Positions 23,846 through 36,478 of a DNA stretch of 64,000 nucleotides are shown here, piece after piece. Position 1 is the first letter of the stretch. The number at the start of each line of letters is the position of its first letter. This DNA is from Octopus sinensis (taxonomy: Eukaryota), in the NCBI RefSeq assembly GCF_006345805.1, contig NC_043005.1, forward strand, positions 46,686,001-46,750,000. Reading direction: 5' to 3'. The translations under genes and the position numbers were made by a program. The notes under the pieces are model-generated. The model worked only from the letters and a program-made list of their open reading frames with translations. It was not told the origin of the DNA and searched no databases.

Positions 23846-24324
23846 ATATTTGCTAAATATTTGTACATTTGTTAAATAATTAAACGTACAAATTGTTTGT
23901 GCAACTAAATCTACAAATCATTTTTGTCTCTTGGTTTGTTGTCTAAGCCTTAAACCCGAAACTACATTGTTACGATGTGAAAGAATACGCCTTATCTTTT
24001 AGAAAGCCTTCAAATTTATATGATGGGCTTTCTAATTAAAGACGTTATAATTATATCCACGTAACCAGACTATTCTTTTATAAAGATATATTTTTTACCG
24101 AATTCCAGGCGGTTCCTTGTGTCCTTGAGCAACGCACTTTACTTTGAAAGATCAGTTTTCTCGCATTTTGTGTAACATTGTATCTCTCTAAGAACTACGA
24201 TGAGTGTACACGTGTCTGCGGAGTGTCCAGCTACTTGTCTGTTAATTTCATGAGCAGACTATTCGCTTGATTGGATCAACTGAAACCCTCGTCGAAACTG
24301 ACGGAGTGCCAGTGAATATTCCTT

Positions 24325-24529
24325 TACGTGTTTCAGTCATCTGACTGTGGCCATGCTGGAGCACCGCCTTTTAGTCGAGCAAATCGATCCCAGGACTTAA
24401 TCTTTGTAAGCCTAGTACTTATTCTATCGGTTTCTTTTGCCGAACCGCTAGCTTATGGGAACGTAAGCACAGCGACATCGGTTGTCAAATGATGCTGGAG
24501 GTGGGGACATAGACACATAAACATGCACA

Positions 24530-24615
<86 letters not shown>

Positions 24616-24825
24616 CACACACAGAGATAGAGAGAGAGAGAGTGAGTGCCTGTTAGATGTGATCACGGGCTTCTTTCAGTTTCTGTCAACCAAATCCACT
24701 CACAAAGCTTTGGTCAGCCTGAGGCTATAGTAAAAGGCATTTGCCTAAGGTACCACGCAGTGGAACTGAACACGGAACCATGTGGTTGGGAAGCAAGCTT
24801 CTTAGCACACCGCCACTCCTGCGCC
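24325..24825 (-). mobile_element. SINE family A
   Basis: Same architecture; shares a ~130-bp identical tract with the 23430 copy. Confidence 0.85.
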
Positions 24826-25314
24826 TTACTATTATTTCTATTACTTGTTTCAGTCATTTATTTGACTGTGGTCATACTGGAGCAGCGCCTTAAATATATA
24901 TATATATATATATGCACACATACATACACGCACACATACATATGTATGTATTTGTTATGCACGGTTCTTGAAGTGAAATTTTGTGTTGAAGCAGTTATAT
25001 TTCGGGGTGGCCATTTTTTCTTACCAAATGGACTAAACAGAATGGACTACGTAGAACAGGATCACACACGTGCGATGAAGTTTCGCTCAAGAGGTCACAG
25101 GAGTGTGCTGAAAGATTTCCAGACAATGGACATAGAATAAAAACAATAATAAACAAGTGGTGCACGAATATATATGGTGCATGTATTTATTTGGCAACGA
25201 AAGAAATGACTGTCCCGAAATATAGCACCATAAATATGTTTGTTTGTGTGTGTGTGAGCATGTGTGTGCGTGTGTGTGTGAGTGTGTGTGCGCGCGCATG
25301 TTTAAGTAAATGTA

Positions 25315-25361
<47 letters not shown>

Positions 25362-25477
25362 ATTTCATAAACATGTATATATAAACATATATATGTATGT
25401 ATATATACATATATATATACATATAGTGACACCATTTTGTGCGTGCGTATATATATATATATATGTATATACATATG

Positions 25478-25563
<86 letters not shown>

Positions 25564-25842
25564 ACATATTTACACACGCATGGGTGTCACCCTCTCGATA
25601 TACATATATGAATAGATATACTTATGCATATGTATATATATATACACACACACATACGTATGTATATATGTATATGATCGTATACCGAGCACGCGTATCT
25701 GGGAGTCAGTATATATATATGTACATACATATATACGCGTACGCACGAGCACGTACATACATTTATATACCAATAAATATGCATATATAAGTATATACAC
25801 ATATATATACACACGCACATATACGTACATATATATTTATAA

Positions 25843-25873
<31 letters not shown>

Positions 25874-26322
25874 CACACACACTCACACACATACTAGCGC
25901 GCGTATATACACAAATATATAGTTACATCCATACACACATATTGCTACAAGGAAAGAACTAAAAGAGTGACGGAGAAATGGCTTCATTTCTAACAAAGAA
26001 TATATATGTTTACATATAACATACATCAGATACGTTGAAAGCGAGATCAACTTACTGTTTTGCAACGTTGTTTTGTCATATTCCTCTTAAAGAGGCCTTT
26101 TTTACCGAAGCGTTCTCCACTGCAGTTCAGACCAAAGAAGCAGCCATGCATATTCATTGCTTTTTTTTTTTTTTTCGTCTTTTCCCCCTGTGACACAGCG
26201 CTATACATATTTTACTGCTCACAAATTAAGGGTGGCACAGATTATTAAGGTGTCTCTGCCTCTACTGTAGACCCACACGCACACATATACAGAAACACAC
26301 ACACACGCGCACACACACACAC

Positions 26323-26353
<31 letters not shown>

Positions 26354-26369
26354 TATATATAAAGAAGAC

Positions 26370-26686
26370 TCCGCCGGTTACGACGACGAGGGTCCCAGCT
26401 GATACGATCAACGGAACAGCTTGCTCGTGAAATTAACGTGCAAATGGCTGAGCATTCCACAGACACGTGTACCCTTAACGTAGTTCTCGGGGATAATCAG
26501 CGTGACACAGAGAGTGACAAGGCTGACCCTTTGAAAAATACAAGTACAACTCATTTTTGCCAGCTGAGTGGACTGGAGCAACGTGAAATAAAGTGTCTTG
26601 CTCAAGGACACAACGCGTCGCCGGGAATCGAACTCACAACCTTACGATCATGAGCCGAATGCCCTAACCACTAAGCCACGCGCCCT
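26370..26686 (-). mobile_element. SINE family D, well preserved
   Basis: rc gcgcgtggcttagtggttagggcattcggctcatgatcgtaaggttgtgagttcgattcccgg (A/B boxes) + gtgtccttgagcaagacact. Confidence 0.85.
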
Positions 26687-27033
26687 CACACACACATATA
26701 TATATATATATTGATAGAGGGAGCGAGAGAGAGAGAGAGAGAGAGACAGTGAGACTGGAAGTGACGGAAATGTAAGCATAGGTCTTATATTGTATTTATA
26801 AGCATTGCTTCTATATTATCATTGATTTTGCTTCTATATTTTTTGGTTAGATTTCTCTGTGGCTTTACATGTAATACAGAGAGTGTTTATGTGCGCCGCT
26901 TGTGTATGCTTGTGTCTGCGATTGTGAGAGAGAGAAGAGGAGGAGAGAAAGACGGAGAGAGAACAAGAGAGGGAGGAAAAGCGAGAGCGTGGTAGGGGAC
27001 GGTGTACGTGTGTATGTGTGTGTGTGTGCGCGT

Positions 27034-27078
<45 letters not shown>

Positions 27079-27499
27079 CGTGTATTAGCCTATTACTTCA
27101 GCTTTAACAAATTTGTTGAATAAATAGGCTTTGAATAAAGAAACGTTGCTTGTTTTGCATCAGTTTTGTAATTGTTTTAGATAAAGACGATGATTTCTGA
27201 ATATATCATACGTTGCGAAATAACTTGTATTTTACGGGTTGTACTTATTAATCAAATGGCTTGCTCTGAGGTCGCGCGTTAAAATCGAAGCAATTGGGTA
27301 TCGTTGCTCTTCAACGACGCCATCTGTTTTAGTTTTATTTATTTATTTTTCATTTTGTTTAATGTCTTCGCAAGCGCCCACACCAAAACTTCATTTAGAT
27401 TTTTTTCTTGTTTTTTTTTTTTTGGAAGCATTCTATTACACTCCACAAAGAATTACTTGCGATTAACAAAGAAAACAATTAAGCAATATATTTCAGTCG

Positions 27500-27830
27500 T
27501 GATGGCGCTGGCTTAGGAGTTAGCGTATCCAACTCACGGACGTAGGGTCGTGAGTTCGATTCCCGGTGACGCGTCCAGATCTTGATCTGGACAAAGACGC
27601 ATCTAATTCACATTACTCAGGTCCACTCAGCTGACAAAAATAGGCTGTACCTGTATTTCAACGGGCCAGTCTTGTTACATTCTGTGCCACGCTGAATCTC
27701 TGAGAACTATGTTAAGGGCACGCGTGTTTGTGGAGCGCTGAGCCCCTTGCATTGAGCCCCTTCACGAGCAGGCTATTCCATATAACGGATCAACTGGAAC
27801 ATTCATTGTCCTAATCGACAGAGTTCCAGT
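27500..27830 (+). mobile_element. SINE family D
   Basis: gtgagttcgattcccgg...gtccactcagctg...gagaacta.gttaagggcacgcgtg. Confidence 0.75.
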
Positions 27831-29206
27831 TATATTTCAACCCAAGATTTACCAAAATTAAAACTTTTTTCCAATATTTTTCAATCAGTAAAACAATTTA
27901 ATGCTAAATCATGTTATAATTTCTAATATTAGTATACCACAGTAATCTCCCATTTTAAGTTTTGAGATGTTATTCCACTGCAAGGCAGAGGTTGTCAAAC
28001 CCTTCAAGGATGCTTTTCGATATATCATCCTTGATTTTTCCTGTTGTTGTATCAGATCCCCTCACCGACGAGAGAAAATCCCAGTGGGTGATCCAATTCC
28101 TATTTGCTAAGGAGAACATAGCAATAAAATGGTTAGACATTTCTTAATTTATCAGAATTGTTACAGGTAGTGAACAGGCAGAATCTTTAGTTAGCGCATC
28201 GGACATTCTGAGTTCAAATTCGGCGAAGGACATGCATTTTTCGAGTTCGATGAAATAAATAGCAGTTGAGCACTGGGGTTGATGTAGTTGCCTTACCTCT
28301 TTCGCTAAAATTGCTGGCCATATGCCAAAATTTTAAGTATTGATCAGAATCATTAGAACTTCAGCTGAAACGCCATGGGGTAGTGAAAAGAAAAGGAAAA
28401 AACACAGACGCTTTATATTCTGAGTTCAAATCCGGAAATCAAAGAAATACAGTCAATGGACTGTAACATAAAAACAAATATTATAAGCTTTAAAAATTTT
28501 ACTCTTTACCATTCAGATTGGTCTGTCAAATGTAATGCTTATTCATTCACATCGTTTTGAAATAATCATGTATTATCTCGAAGCTTCAACATGTGATTGT
28601 TTATTTTGTAAGGTAAGTATAAGAGACCAGATCTAGCAGGTTTCAATATAAAACAAATAGAATATGTGAACCTGATATGGCCTGATCAAATGCTAAACGG
28701 TTAAATAAGTAAACATTTGCTTGGGCGTAGCGAATATATGGGTATGAGTTATTGCATTTTAACTTATACCGACTTAAAGAGTATGTTTAGAAGTAGTACT
28801 GAGAGAATAGTGTTTAAACATATACCGAACACATGCCGGTGTGATTCTTTCTCTTATGAAAACAGAAAGTAAAAACTCAAAAAGTGACGAATATTTTTCC
28901 ACTCTGCAACGAATAAACTATTTTCTTATGATTAATATAATATTCGTCGCCACTGAAAAGCGGTGTGAAAGATCGGATCCACACCTAATAATATAGATTA
29001 TGAAATTCAGTTTCTTTGTTATGGCTTTATTGAAAATAAAGACATCGCTACTAATAATTGGTTTCCGACTTTACGAGGACTTGAAAATTGTGGAAAAGGA
29101 AGTTAGCGGCGAAAAGATAACTATTCTCATTCAAAATATATATTCAACCACATTTATGTGCCATGCCCTACGTGTATGTATGCTTATACACACACACACA
29201 CACACA

Positions 29207-29239
<33 letters not shown>

Positions 29240-29242
29240 CAC

Positions 29243-29275
<33 letters not shown>

Positions 29276-29318
29276 CACATACGTATGTATATTTACATGC
29301 ATATATATATATATATAT

Positions 29319-29351
<33 letters not shown>

Positions 29352-29367
29352 CAGACATATATATATA

Positions 29368-29412
<45 letters not shown>

Positions 29413-29615
29413 CATACATACATATATATATATACATACATACATATATATATTATATATATATATATATATATTATTTATATATATATATATGTTTATA
29501 TGTGTATTTATATTTATGTATGCATGCATTTATAAGTAAGTATAGATATGCCTATACATATACACGCACAAATACAACCATACACGCACACACACACACA
29601 CATACACACACACAT

Positions 29616-29646
<31 letters not shown>

Positions 29647-30283
29647 CATATATTTTTGCCGTTTATACATCCTCGTACCTCACTCAGGCACACACACACG
29701 TACGGTTGCACACTCACTCATTCTTTCACACTATATACAGATATAGGTCTCGCATGCGTGAGCGTGCGGGCGTGTGTGTGTTTCACTGGTACGTTTAAGT
29801 GATTGTGCGTAAGGAATCTCCATGAGTACTTTCCGCAAAATAATTCCTCACAGAGTGACGATATAACGGTATAATCAAATTGAAGTAGAAGCTAAAGAAA
29901 GCAAATGACTCAGTGCAATGGCAAATTTCATAGTTATGAATTATATATATATATATATATATATATCCGACTAAGTATATATATACATACATATATTTCC
30001 AAGTAAGTAAAGATATATATATATATATGTATATATAGGTGTGTGTGTATACATACATATATGCATAGCATATATATTCATATACGGACACATATATATA
30101 TATATATAAAGAGAGAGAGAGAGAGAATGAGAGACAGATACATATTTTTATACGTATATATATGTATATACACACATTTATATGTACATATATATTATAT
30201 ATGTATGTATGTTTACACTCATACACACACATATACGTGTATATATATATATATATATTTGTATAATGTATATGTATACGTTT

Positions 30284-30358
<75 letters not shown>

Positions 30359-31598
30359 ATAAATATCCATGTATACATTCATGTGTATATGTGTGTGTGA
30401 GTGTGTGTATACGTATATATATATATATGAACATACAAATATACGTACATACATGTGTGGGTGTGTGTGTGTGTTTATGTGTGTGTGTGTAAGTAGAATA
30501 AATTATTGGTAAACAAAAAGAGCAGCATCGTCGTTCAGCTGTGGGTGTGATAAAAATACTAGCACATGGTGTCTTTGATAAAGAGTAAGTATAGTGGTTA
30601 GTACGGAGCAGTCTGTGGAGGGAAATAGTTTTATCTTATTTTCAGCATTACGGTTTCATTGACTGGGAGCGAAATTCATAAATAATTCGATATCTTCAGA
30701 GAGGAGAAATGATCACATTATGCACTGTCCGCGCTTAATCACATTTTTTTCTCTGGCTACTTCAATCATAAATGTATTATTACCATTTTAGGTGACAGGG
30801 TGAGTGTTAAAGCCTGGTTGGTTGGTTGGTGAAGGATGGCATTTCAGTTTTTCAATGTAGCGGCATGACTATGCATGCTGGCGTCAGAGTAAAATATATT
30901 TAAACACCAGGTTGCCCGATATTCAGGACACTCCTAAATTAGATCATCTATTTCTATTTTTTTATATTTTTATTTTTATTTTGTACTATTAGTGTCTTCT
31001 GTACGAACAAACATAACAGCTTCTGACAGAGATGTGCTTTTTGATATTTTCAAGAACAAGAAATAAGGTGTTGGACTGTTCACGCCAGTACTAAATATTA
31101 TTAAATGCAAAGGTAAAAAGAACTGGTTCTCAAATAGGAATGGTAAACAGATCATGGTTCACGAAAGCAAACTAGAAACTTCAAGCAGTCTTATAATAAT
31201 TCTGCTTGTTATGGATATTTCTAGGAACAACCCTTTATCTAGCAGAGCTATGATGAGAAAGATTTCTAACCGTGACCATCTCGGCTTTTCCTTTAGAGTG
31301 GGTAGCATGTATTTAGAGTAAAACATAACTGATATTTCTATAAGTTTCAAAAGGCAACGTGCAAACTCGCAATAATGCGGATTTCTTTAATATTCACAAA
31401 AGCAGAATGGGATAATGTTTGAATGACGATGAATTAACAACGAATTTATATATTAGGCAGACATGTATTTTGTCGACATTAGAGGGATAGAAACAGAAGT
31501 TAACTCCAGTTGGAGTTGATTTCAGAGAGTAAAAGAATCCAGGCAGTTCGTGTGTCTCTCGAGCGAGATTTTTATCGACCATAATAGTCTATAATATT

Positions 31599-31814
31599 CT
31601 TTTCTACTCCAGGCTCAAGGCCCGAAATTTTTAGGGAGGGGACCAGTCGATTAGATCGACCCCAGTACGCAGCTGCTATTTAATTTATCGACTCCGAAAA
31701 GATGAAAGGCAAAGTCAACCTCGGTGGAATTTGAACTCAGAATGTAAAGACAGACGAAATACTCCTAAGCATTTCGTCCAGCGTGCTAACATTTCTACCA
31801 GCCCGCCGCCTTGG
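31599..31814 (-). mobile_element. SINE family B with 15-bp TSD
   Basis: Flanked by atagtctataatatt at 31584-31598 and 31815-31829. Confidence 0.9.
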
Positions 31815-31841
31815 ATAGTCTATAATATTATTTTGCTTCTG

Positions 31842-32680
31842 AAGGCGGCGAGCTGGCAGAAACGTTAGCACGTTTGTCCTTGTTTGTTCTCTCTGTGTTT
31901 AGCCCCTTGTGGTAGTAAAGAAATAGATATTTCGTTTGCCGTTACATTCTGAGTTCAAATTCCGCTGAGGTCAACTTTGCCTTTCATCCTTTCGAGGTCC
32001 ATAAATTAAGTACCAGTTACGCACTGGGGTCGATGTAATCGACTTAATCCCTTTGACTGTTCTTGTTTGTTCCCTTTATGTTTAGCCCTTGTGGGCAATA
32101 AAGAAATTGGTATTTCATCTGCCGCTACGTTCTGAGTTCAAATTACGCCGAGGTCGACTTTACCTTTCATCCTTTCGGGCGTCGATTAAATAAGTACCAG
32201 CTACACACTGGAGTCGATATGATCGACTCAATCCGTTTGTCTGTCCTTGTTTGTCCTCTCTGTGTTTAGCCCCTTGTGGGTAGTAAAGAAATAGGTATAT
32301 CGTCTGCCGTTACGTTCTGAGTTCAAATTCCGCTGAGGTCGACTTTGCTATTCATCCTTTCAGGTCGATAAATTAAGTACCAGTTACGCACTGGGGTTGA
32401 TATAATCGACTCGATCCCTTTGTCTGTCCTTGCTTGTTCCCTTTATGTTTAGCCCTTGTGGGCAATAAAGAAATAAGAATCGTTAGCACACCGGGCACAG
32501 TGCTTAGCGACATTTCGCCCGCCTTTAGGTTCTGAGTTCAAATTCTACTGAGGTCAATTCTCACTTTTCGTGGGTCGATAAAATATGTACTAATCAAGCA
32601 CTGAGGTCGATGTAATCGACTTACCACTCCTTCCCCCGCCCCCATAATTGCTGTGTTTGGGCCAAAAGTTGAAACCAATA
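31842..32680 (+). repeat. Tandem array of SINE B body+tail units (~184 bp) with a dimeric ~367-bp period
   Basis: Alternating tails tagtaaagaaatag (~31913, 32281) and caataaagaaat (~32097, 32464). Confidence 0.9.
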
Positions 32681-33217
32681 TTATTCTGCTTCTTACGGCA
32701 TGTGTTCGAGGGTTACACTTTCGAAAACATTAACCATTGAACGAAATCGAACTCGGTAACTGACATTTTTAACATAATGAAATGATGTTGGGTAAATCTA
32801 TGCATTAAATCTACGGCTCTTTTTTTTTATATATATGATACATCACACAGAAGCAAACTTTATGGTTGGGTGGGAGGATATGAACCTGCACCTTGACAAA
32901 TACTTATTTTACTGAGTCTAGATTAATAAACTCATAGATTTAGAGCCAATGCGCGAGCAGATCTATTTATAAATCACAAACATTTCATCCGACAAACATT
33001 TCGTCCGTAGTTAACCTATCATAGCTTGCACTGTTCTCGTAATAGCTTGTAGGTTTAGCACGAAGTCATACTTTTTGTGTACGTATGTATGCGTAGGTAA
33101 CGCCAGATTCGATTGCATCGCTGTTTCATGTTTCCATCGGTATATTATAGACCTCGGAATAGAGAGAGATAAATAAATTAAAGCGCGATTTGAATACATT
33201 GCTAACCTAAATATGTA

Positions 33218-33657
33218 TACATATAAAGCTGACGTTGTCTGTGTGCGTGTGTGTGAGGTTTGGTAGCCTTCAACTAACACAATCTCCTCCGAGACCCTGC
33301 GGCGCAAGTTGACCAAAATTGAGAGTATGATAGAAGAATGCTTGCTCTTCATTCTGTAGCAGAAAAAATTCAAATCGGACCATGTTAAGATAAAAAATTA
33401 TTTACATCAAAAAGGTGCTTTTTTTCTATGAAAATCCCTTTTCTTTACGATTTTTTTACTGATGTGTCGCCATATTTCGGTGTATTTCAACCAGAAAAAT
33501 GTTCTCTCAAAGAGAATAAGTAGCTACATAACGCAACATTTTTACTTTTCAAAACAGATTGAAACTATTTCAAAACTTTGTTAACGCGACATCAAAGTCT
33601 ACCGTTTTAAGCGTAACTAAAAAAACGAACCTGAGCAACGCCCGACTATACTGCTGG
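33218..33657 (+). mobile_element. Non-autonomous Helitron
   Basis: Degenerate 5' catataaagctgacgttgtctgtgtg; 3' aacctgagcaacgcccgactatactgCTGG|T homologous to the 3994-4370 end. Confidence 0.65.
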
Positions 33658-33784
33658 TATATTTTAAAACGATTCGTAACGAATACCACACACCGCTGTC
33701 CGTCCACATCATTGCGTTGCTTCTTTCATTTCAAACGTGACACTCAATACCATTTTTTAAAAATTGATATTCTTTTGTATACTA

Positions 33785-33980
33785 AGGCGCTGAGATGGCA
33801 GAATTGTTAGTACGGCGGACAAAATGCTTACCGGCATTTCGTCCGTTCTCATTTTCTGAGTTCAAATTCTATCGGGGTTGACTTTGCCTTTCATCCTTTC
33901 GGAATCGATAAAATATGTGGCAGTTGAACCAACTTCCCCCTTCCCTCGAAATTAGTTGCCTTGTGCCAAAAATTAGAAAC
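33785..33980 (+). mobile_element. SINE family B
   Basis: aaggcgctgagatggcagaattgttag...ttctgagttcaaattc...gactttgcctttcatcctttcgg. Confidence 0.75.
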
Positions 33981-34164
33981 CAATGTTCTGTTACATATTT
34001 ATTTTACTGATTTACACTTTGCAGTCATTGAACTGCGACTTGATGGTGCTCTGCCTTCTCCAAGGTGTCGAACATTGGGACTGAATCCGCAATCACATAG
34101 CTTTAAAACGACTTTTTTTTCACCACACAGGCATGTCTGTGCCTCTTAGTGTAATTTATCTTAG

Positions 34165-34405
34165 CATTTAACCTATTTCTTTACTACTCACAAGGGGCTA
34201 AACACAGAGAGAACAAACAAGGACAGGCAAACGGATTAAGACGATTATATCAACCCCAGTACGTAACTGGTACTTATTTAATCGACCCCGAAAGGATGAA
34301 AGGCAAAGTCGACCTCGGCGGAATTTAAACTCAGAATGCAGCGGCGGACGAAATACCTCAAAGTATTTCACCCGGCGTACTAAGGTTTCTGCAAGTTCGC
34401 CGCCC
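34165..34405 (-). mobile_element. SINE family B monomer with type-1 tail
   Basis: ctatttctttactactcacaaggggctaaacacagagag...gcaaagtcgacctcggcggaattt. Confidence 0.85.
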
Positions 34406-34564
34406 TATCTTAGCATTTAACCGGTATTCATATTTGATCGAGATGACAAAAAAAAAAAAAGAAAAAATATTGAGCATCTTTGCTGAAAACACTGGAAACA
34501 ATCAGCTGTCTTCTTTTAGCCAGTGAGCTTTAGTTTAAATTTATGACAAATTAATGACAAAAAT

Positions 34565-34750
34565 ATTGGTTTCAAATCTTGGTACAAGGCTAGTAATTTC
34601 AGGAGAGGAGTGAGGCGATTCCATTGACACCCAGTGTTCGACTGGTACTCATTTCATCGACTCCGAAAGGAATGAAAGGAAAAGACAACCTCGGTGGAAT
34701 CTGAATTCAGAGCGTAAAGACGAACGAAATGCCGCTTCGCATTTTACTCC
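34565..34750 (-). mobile_element. SINE family B, degenerate
   Basis: tttcatcgactccgaaaggaatgaaagg..acaacctcggtggaat. Confidence 0.7.
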
Positions 34751-35508
34751 GCCTGAATCAATGACAAAATATTAATTCCTAGTGATGCTTTGAATTGTGT
34801 GAAGTGACTGGAAAATTAAACAAATTTATCTCTTTTTATCTGCAGCACATTTACATCGGTATGTATTTCGATTTTCTTCATATATATATATATATATTGT
34901 ATGAATGCGTGTGCGAGTTCGTGTGTACGCCTGTGTGTACATGTGTGTGTGTGTGTGTGTATAAAAATGCACCACCTGAATACGTTATCATAATCCAAAT
35001 GCAGAGCAAATAGCAGCAAGATATAAATTAATAAATAAAATTGCGCACCACTATCAGTGGATCTCTTTTCCTTTTTTTTTCTCTCGGCAATTCTTCAATT
35101 TAAAAGAACAGAGGCGTTGGGGGTGGCGAGAAATGGGAAAATATATGGTTTTATGTTATGGAATGCAAAAAAAAAAATGAATTCTGCTTAAAATAATTCT
35201 TTTGATTATGAAATATGGCAAGTGTGTTATTGTTTGGAGGCAGTTGGGCTTTGAATAAGCAAAGCTATATGATTAAAAGTATTTCAGCTGTGACCAGTTT
35301 ATTCTGTAACAGTCGATCAATGCCAACATTGTGCAACGCATATCGTTTAAGGCAGTGATTATCAAGCGTTTTTTTTTTTTTTACCATGGATTCATCTGAT
35401 TCCTATTTTAGTTAGGATGGTAAGGGGTCCTTCATACTCGTTCGATATCTAAAAACTCCTACTATGTTTTTATGATTAAATATTATATAAAGAAAATTGT
35501 TAAAAATA

Positions 35509-35885
35509 TTAGGTTGGCAACTAAATTCCCGCCGTTTTTAAAATTTTAATTTTTTAAAAGGTTTAATAAAAAATAACAATTAATTAATCAATAATGTATT
35601 CACCCTTATTGTTCACAACTTCTTCCCATGTTCAGCAACATTTTCAGTACCTCGTTGGTAGAAATCACCCGATTTCGATTCGAAAAATTGATCCAACAAA
35701 GCTCTCAATTCTGCATCAGTATTGAACGAAACTCCGAGCATGAAATCCGTTGGTGTTAAATCAGGAGAGTACGGCGAGTGTGGCAGCTCTTCCCAGCCAT
35801 GCGTTTGAATGGATTCCTTGGTCATGTTGGCGATATGAGGGCGGGCGTTGTCGTGCAGCAGAAGAACTCCATGCTGACGATTAGG
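35509..35885 (-). mobile_element. Mariner (DD34D-type) transposon 3' fragment with right TIR
   Basis: LLLHDNARPH...LPHSPYSPDLTPTDF...FFESKSGDFYQRG; TA|ttaggttggcaactaa TIR at 35509; ends against an ATAC microsatellite and SINE A. Confidence 0.9.
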
Positions 35886-35919
35886 TCGTTTCTCTTGAAT
35901 ACATACGTACATACATACA

Positions 35920-36090
35920 TACATACATTCATACATACACGACGGGCTTCTTTCAGTTTCCGTTAACGAAATCCACTCACAAAGCTATAGTTGGCATGAG
36001 ACTAATAGTAGAAGACACTTGCTTAACGCGCAACGCAGTGCGACGGGACCCGGAACTCTCGAGAGATAAACTTCTTACCACAGGGCCATG
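35920..36090 (-). mobile_element. SINE family A head
   Basis: gacgggcttctttcagtttccg...atagtagaagacacttgc. Confidence 0.7.
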
Positions 36091-36224
36091 CTTTTTTAGG
36101 TACAATATGAAACGCCTCTCTTGGTAATGAATCTGGTGTCACGGAAGAATCTTGAAATTATTTCTCGTCAGTAGTGATTCGTTAAGGTCATCACAGTTTA
36201 GCAGTCATTTTTTTTTCTTTTCTC

Positions 36225-36478
36225 GCCCTTTTCAAGCCTATCCAGGCTCATGGGCCCAGTCCATCGCAGTGTTACTCAAAAACAGGAAGAGAGAGTGAGA
36301 GAAAGTTGTGGCGAAAGAGTACAACAGGGGTCGCCACCCCCACCTCCGGCCGGAGCCTCGTGGAGCTATTTAGGTGCTTTCGCTCAATAAACACACACAA
36401 CGCCCGGTCTGGGAATCGAAACCGCGATCCTCCGACCGCGAGTCCGCTGCCCTAACCACTGGGCCATTGCGCCTCCAC
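36225..36478 (-). mobile_element. SINE family C
   Basis: rc gtggaggcgcaatggcccagtggttagggcagcggactcgcggtcggaggatcgcggtttcgattccc. Confidence 0.8.

Noticed and set aside
27950-28140. 56-codon minus-strand ORF (MSNHFIAMFSLANRNWITHWDFLSSVRG...)
   Set aside because: Protein-like but short, with no recognisable family; cannot be told from chance without RNA or homology data.
30791-30804. ttttag|GTGACAGG|gtgagt as an 8-nt microexon
   Set aside because: Frame-shifting length and no flanking exons identified; such motifs occur by chance.
31842-32680. CRISPR-like periodicity
   Set aside because: Units are ~184-bp SINE-derived repeats with no unique spacers, in a eukaryotic context.
2153-36478. tRNA-like heads (2153, 21043, 26370-26686, 27500, 36400-36478) as tRNA genes
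   Set aside because: No complete cloverleaf; each continues into a shared SINE body, so they are tRNA-derived SINE heads.
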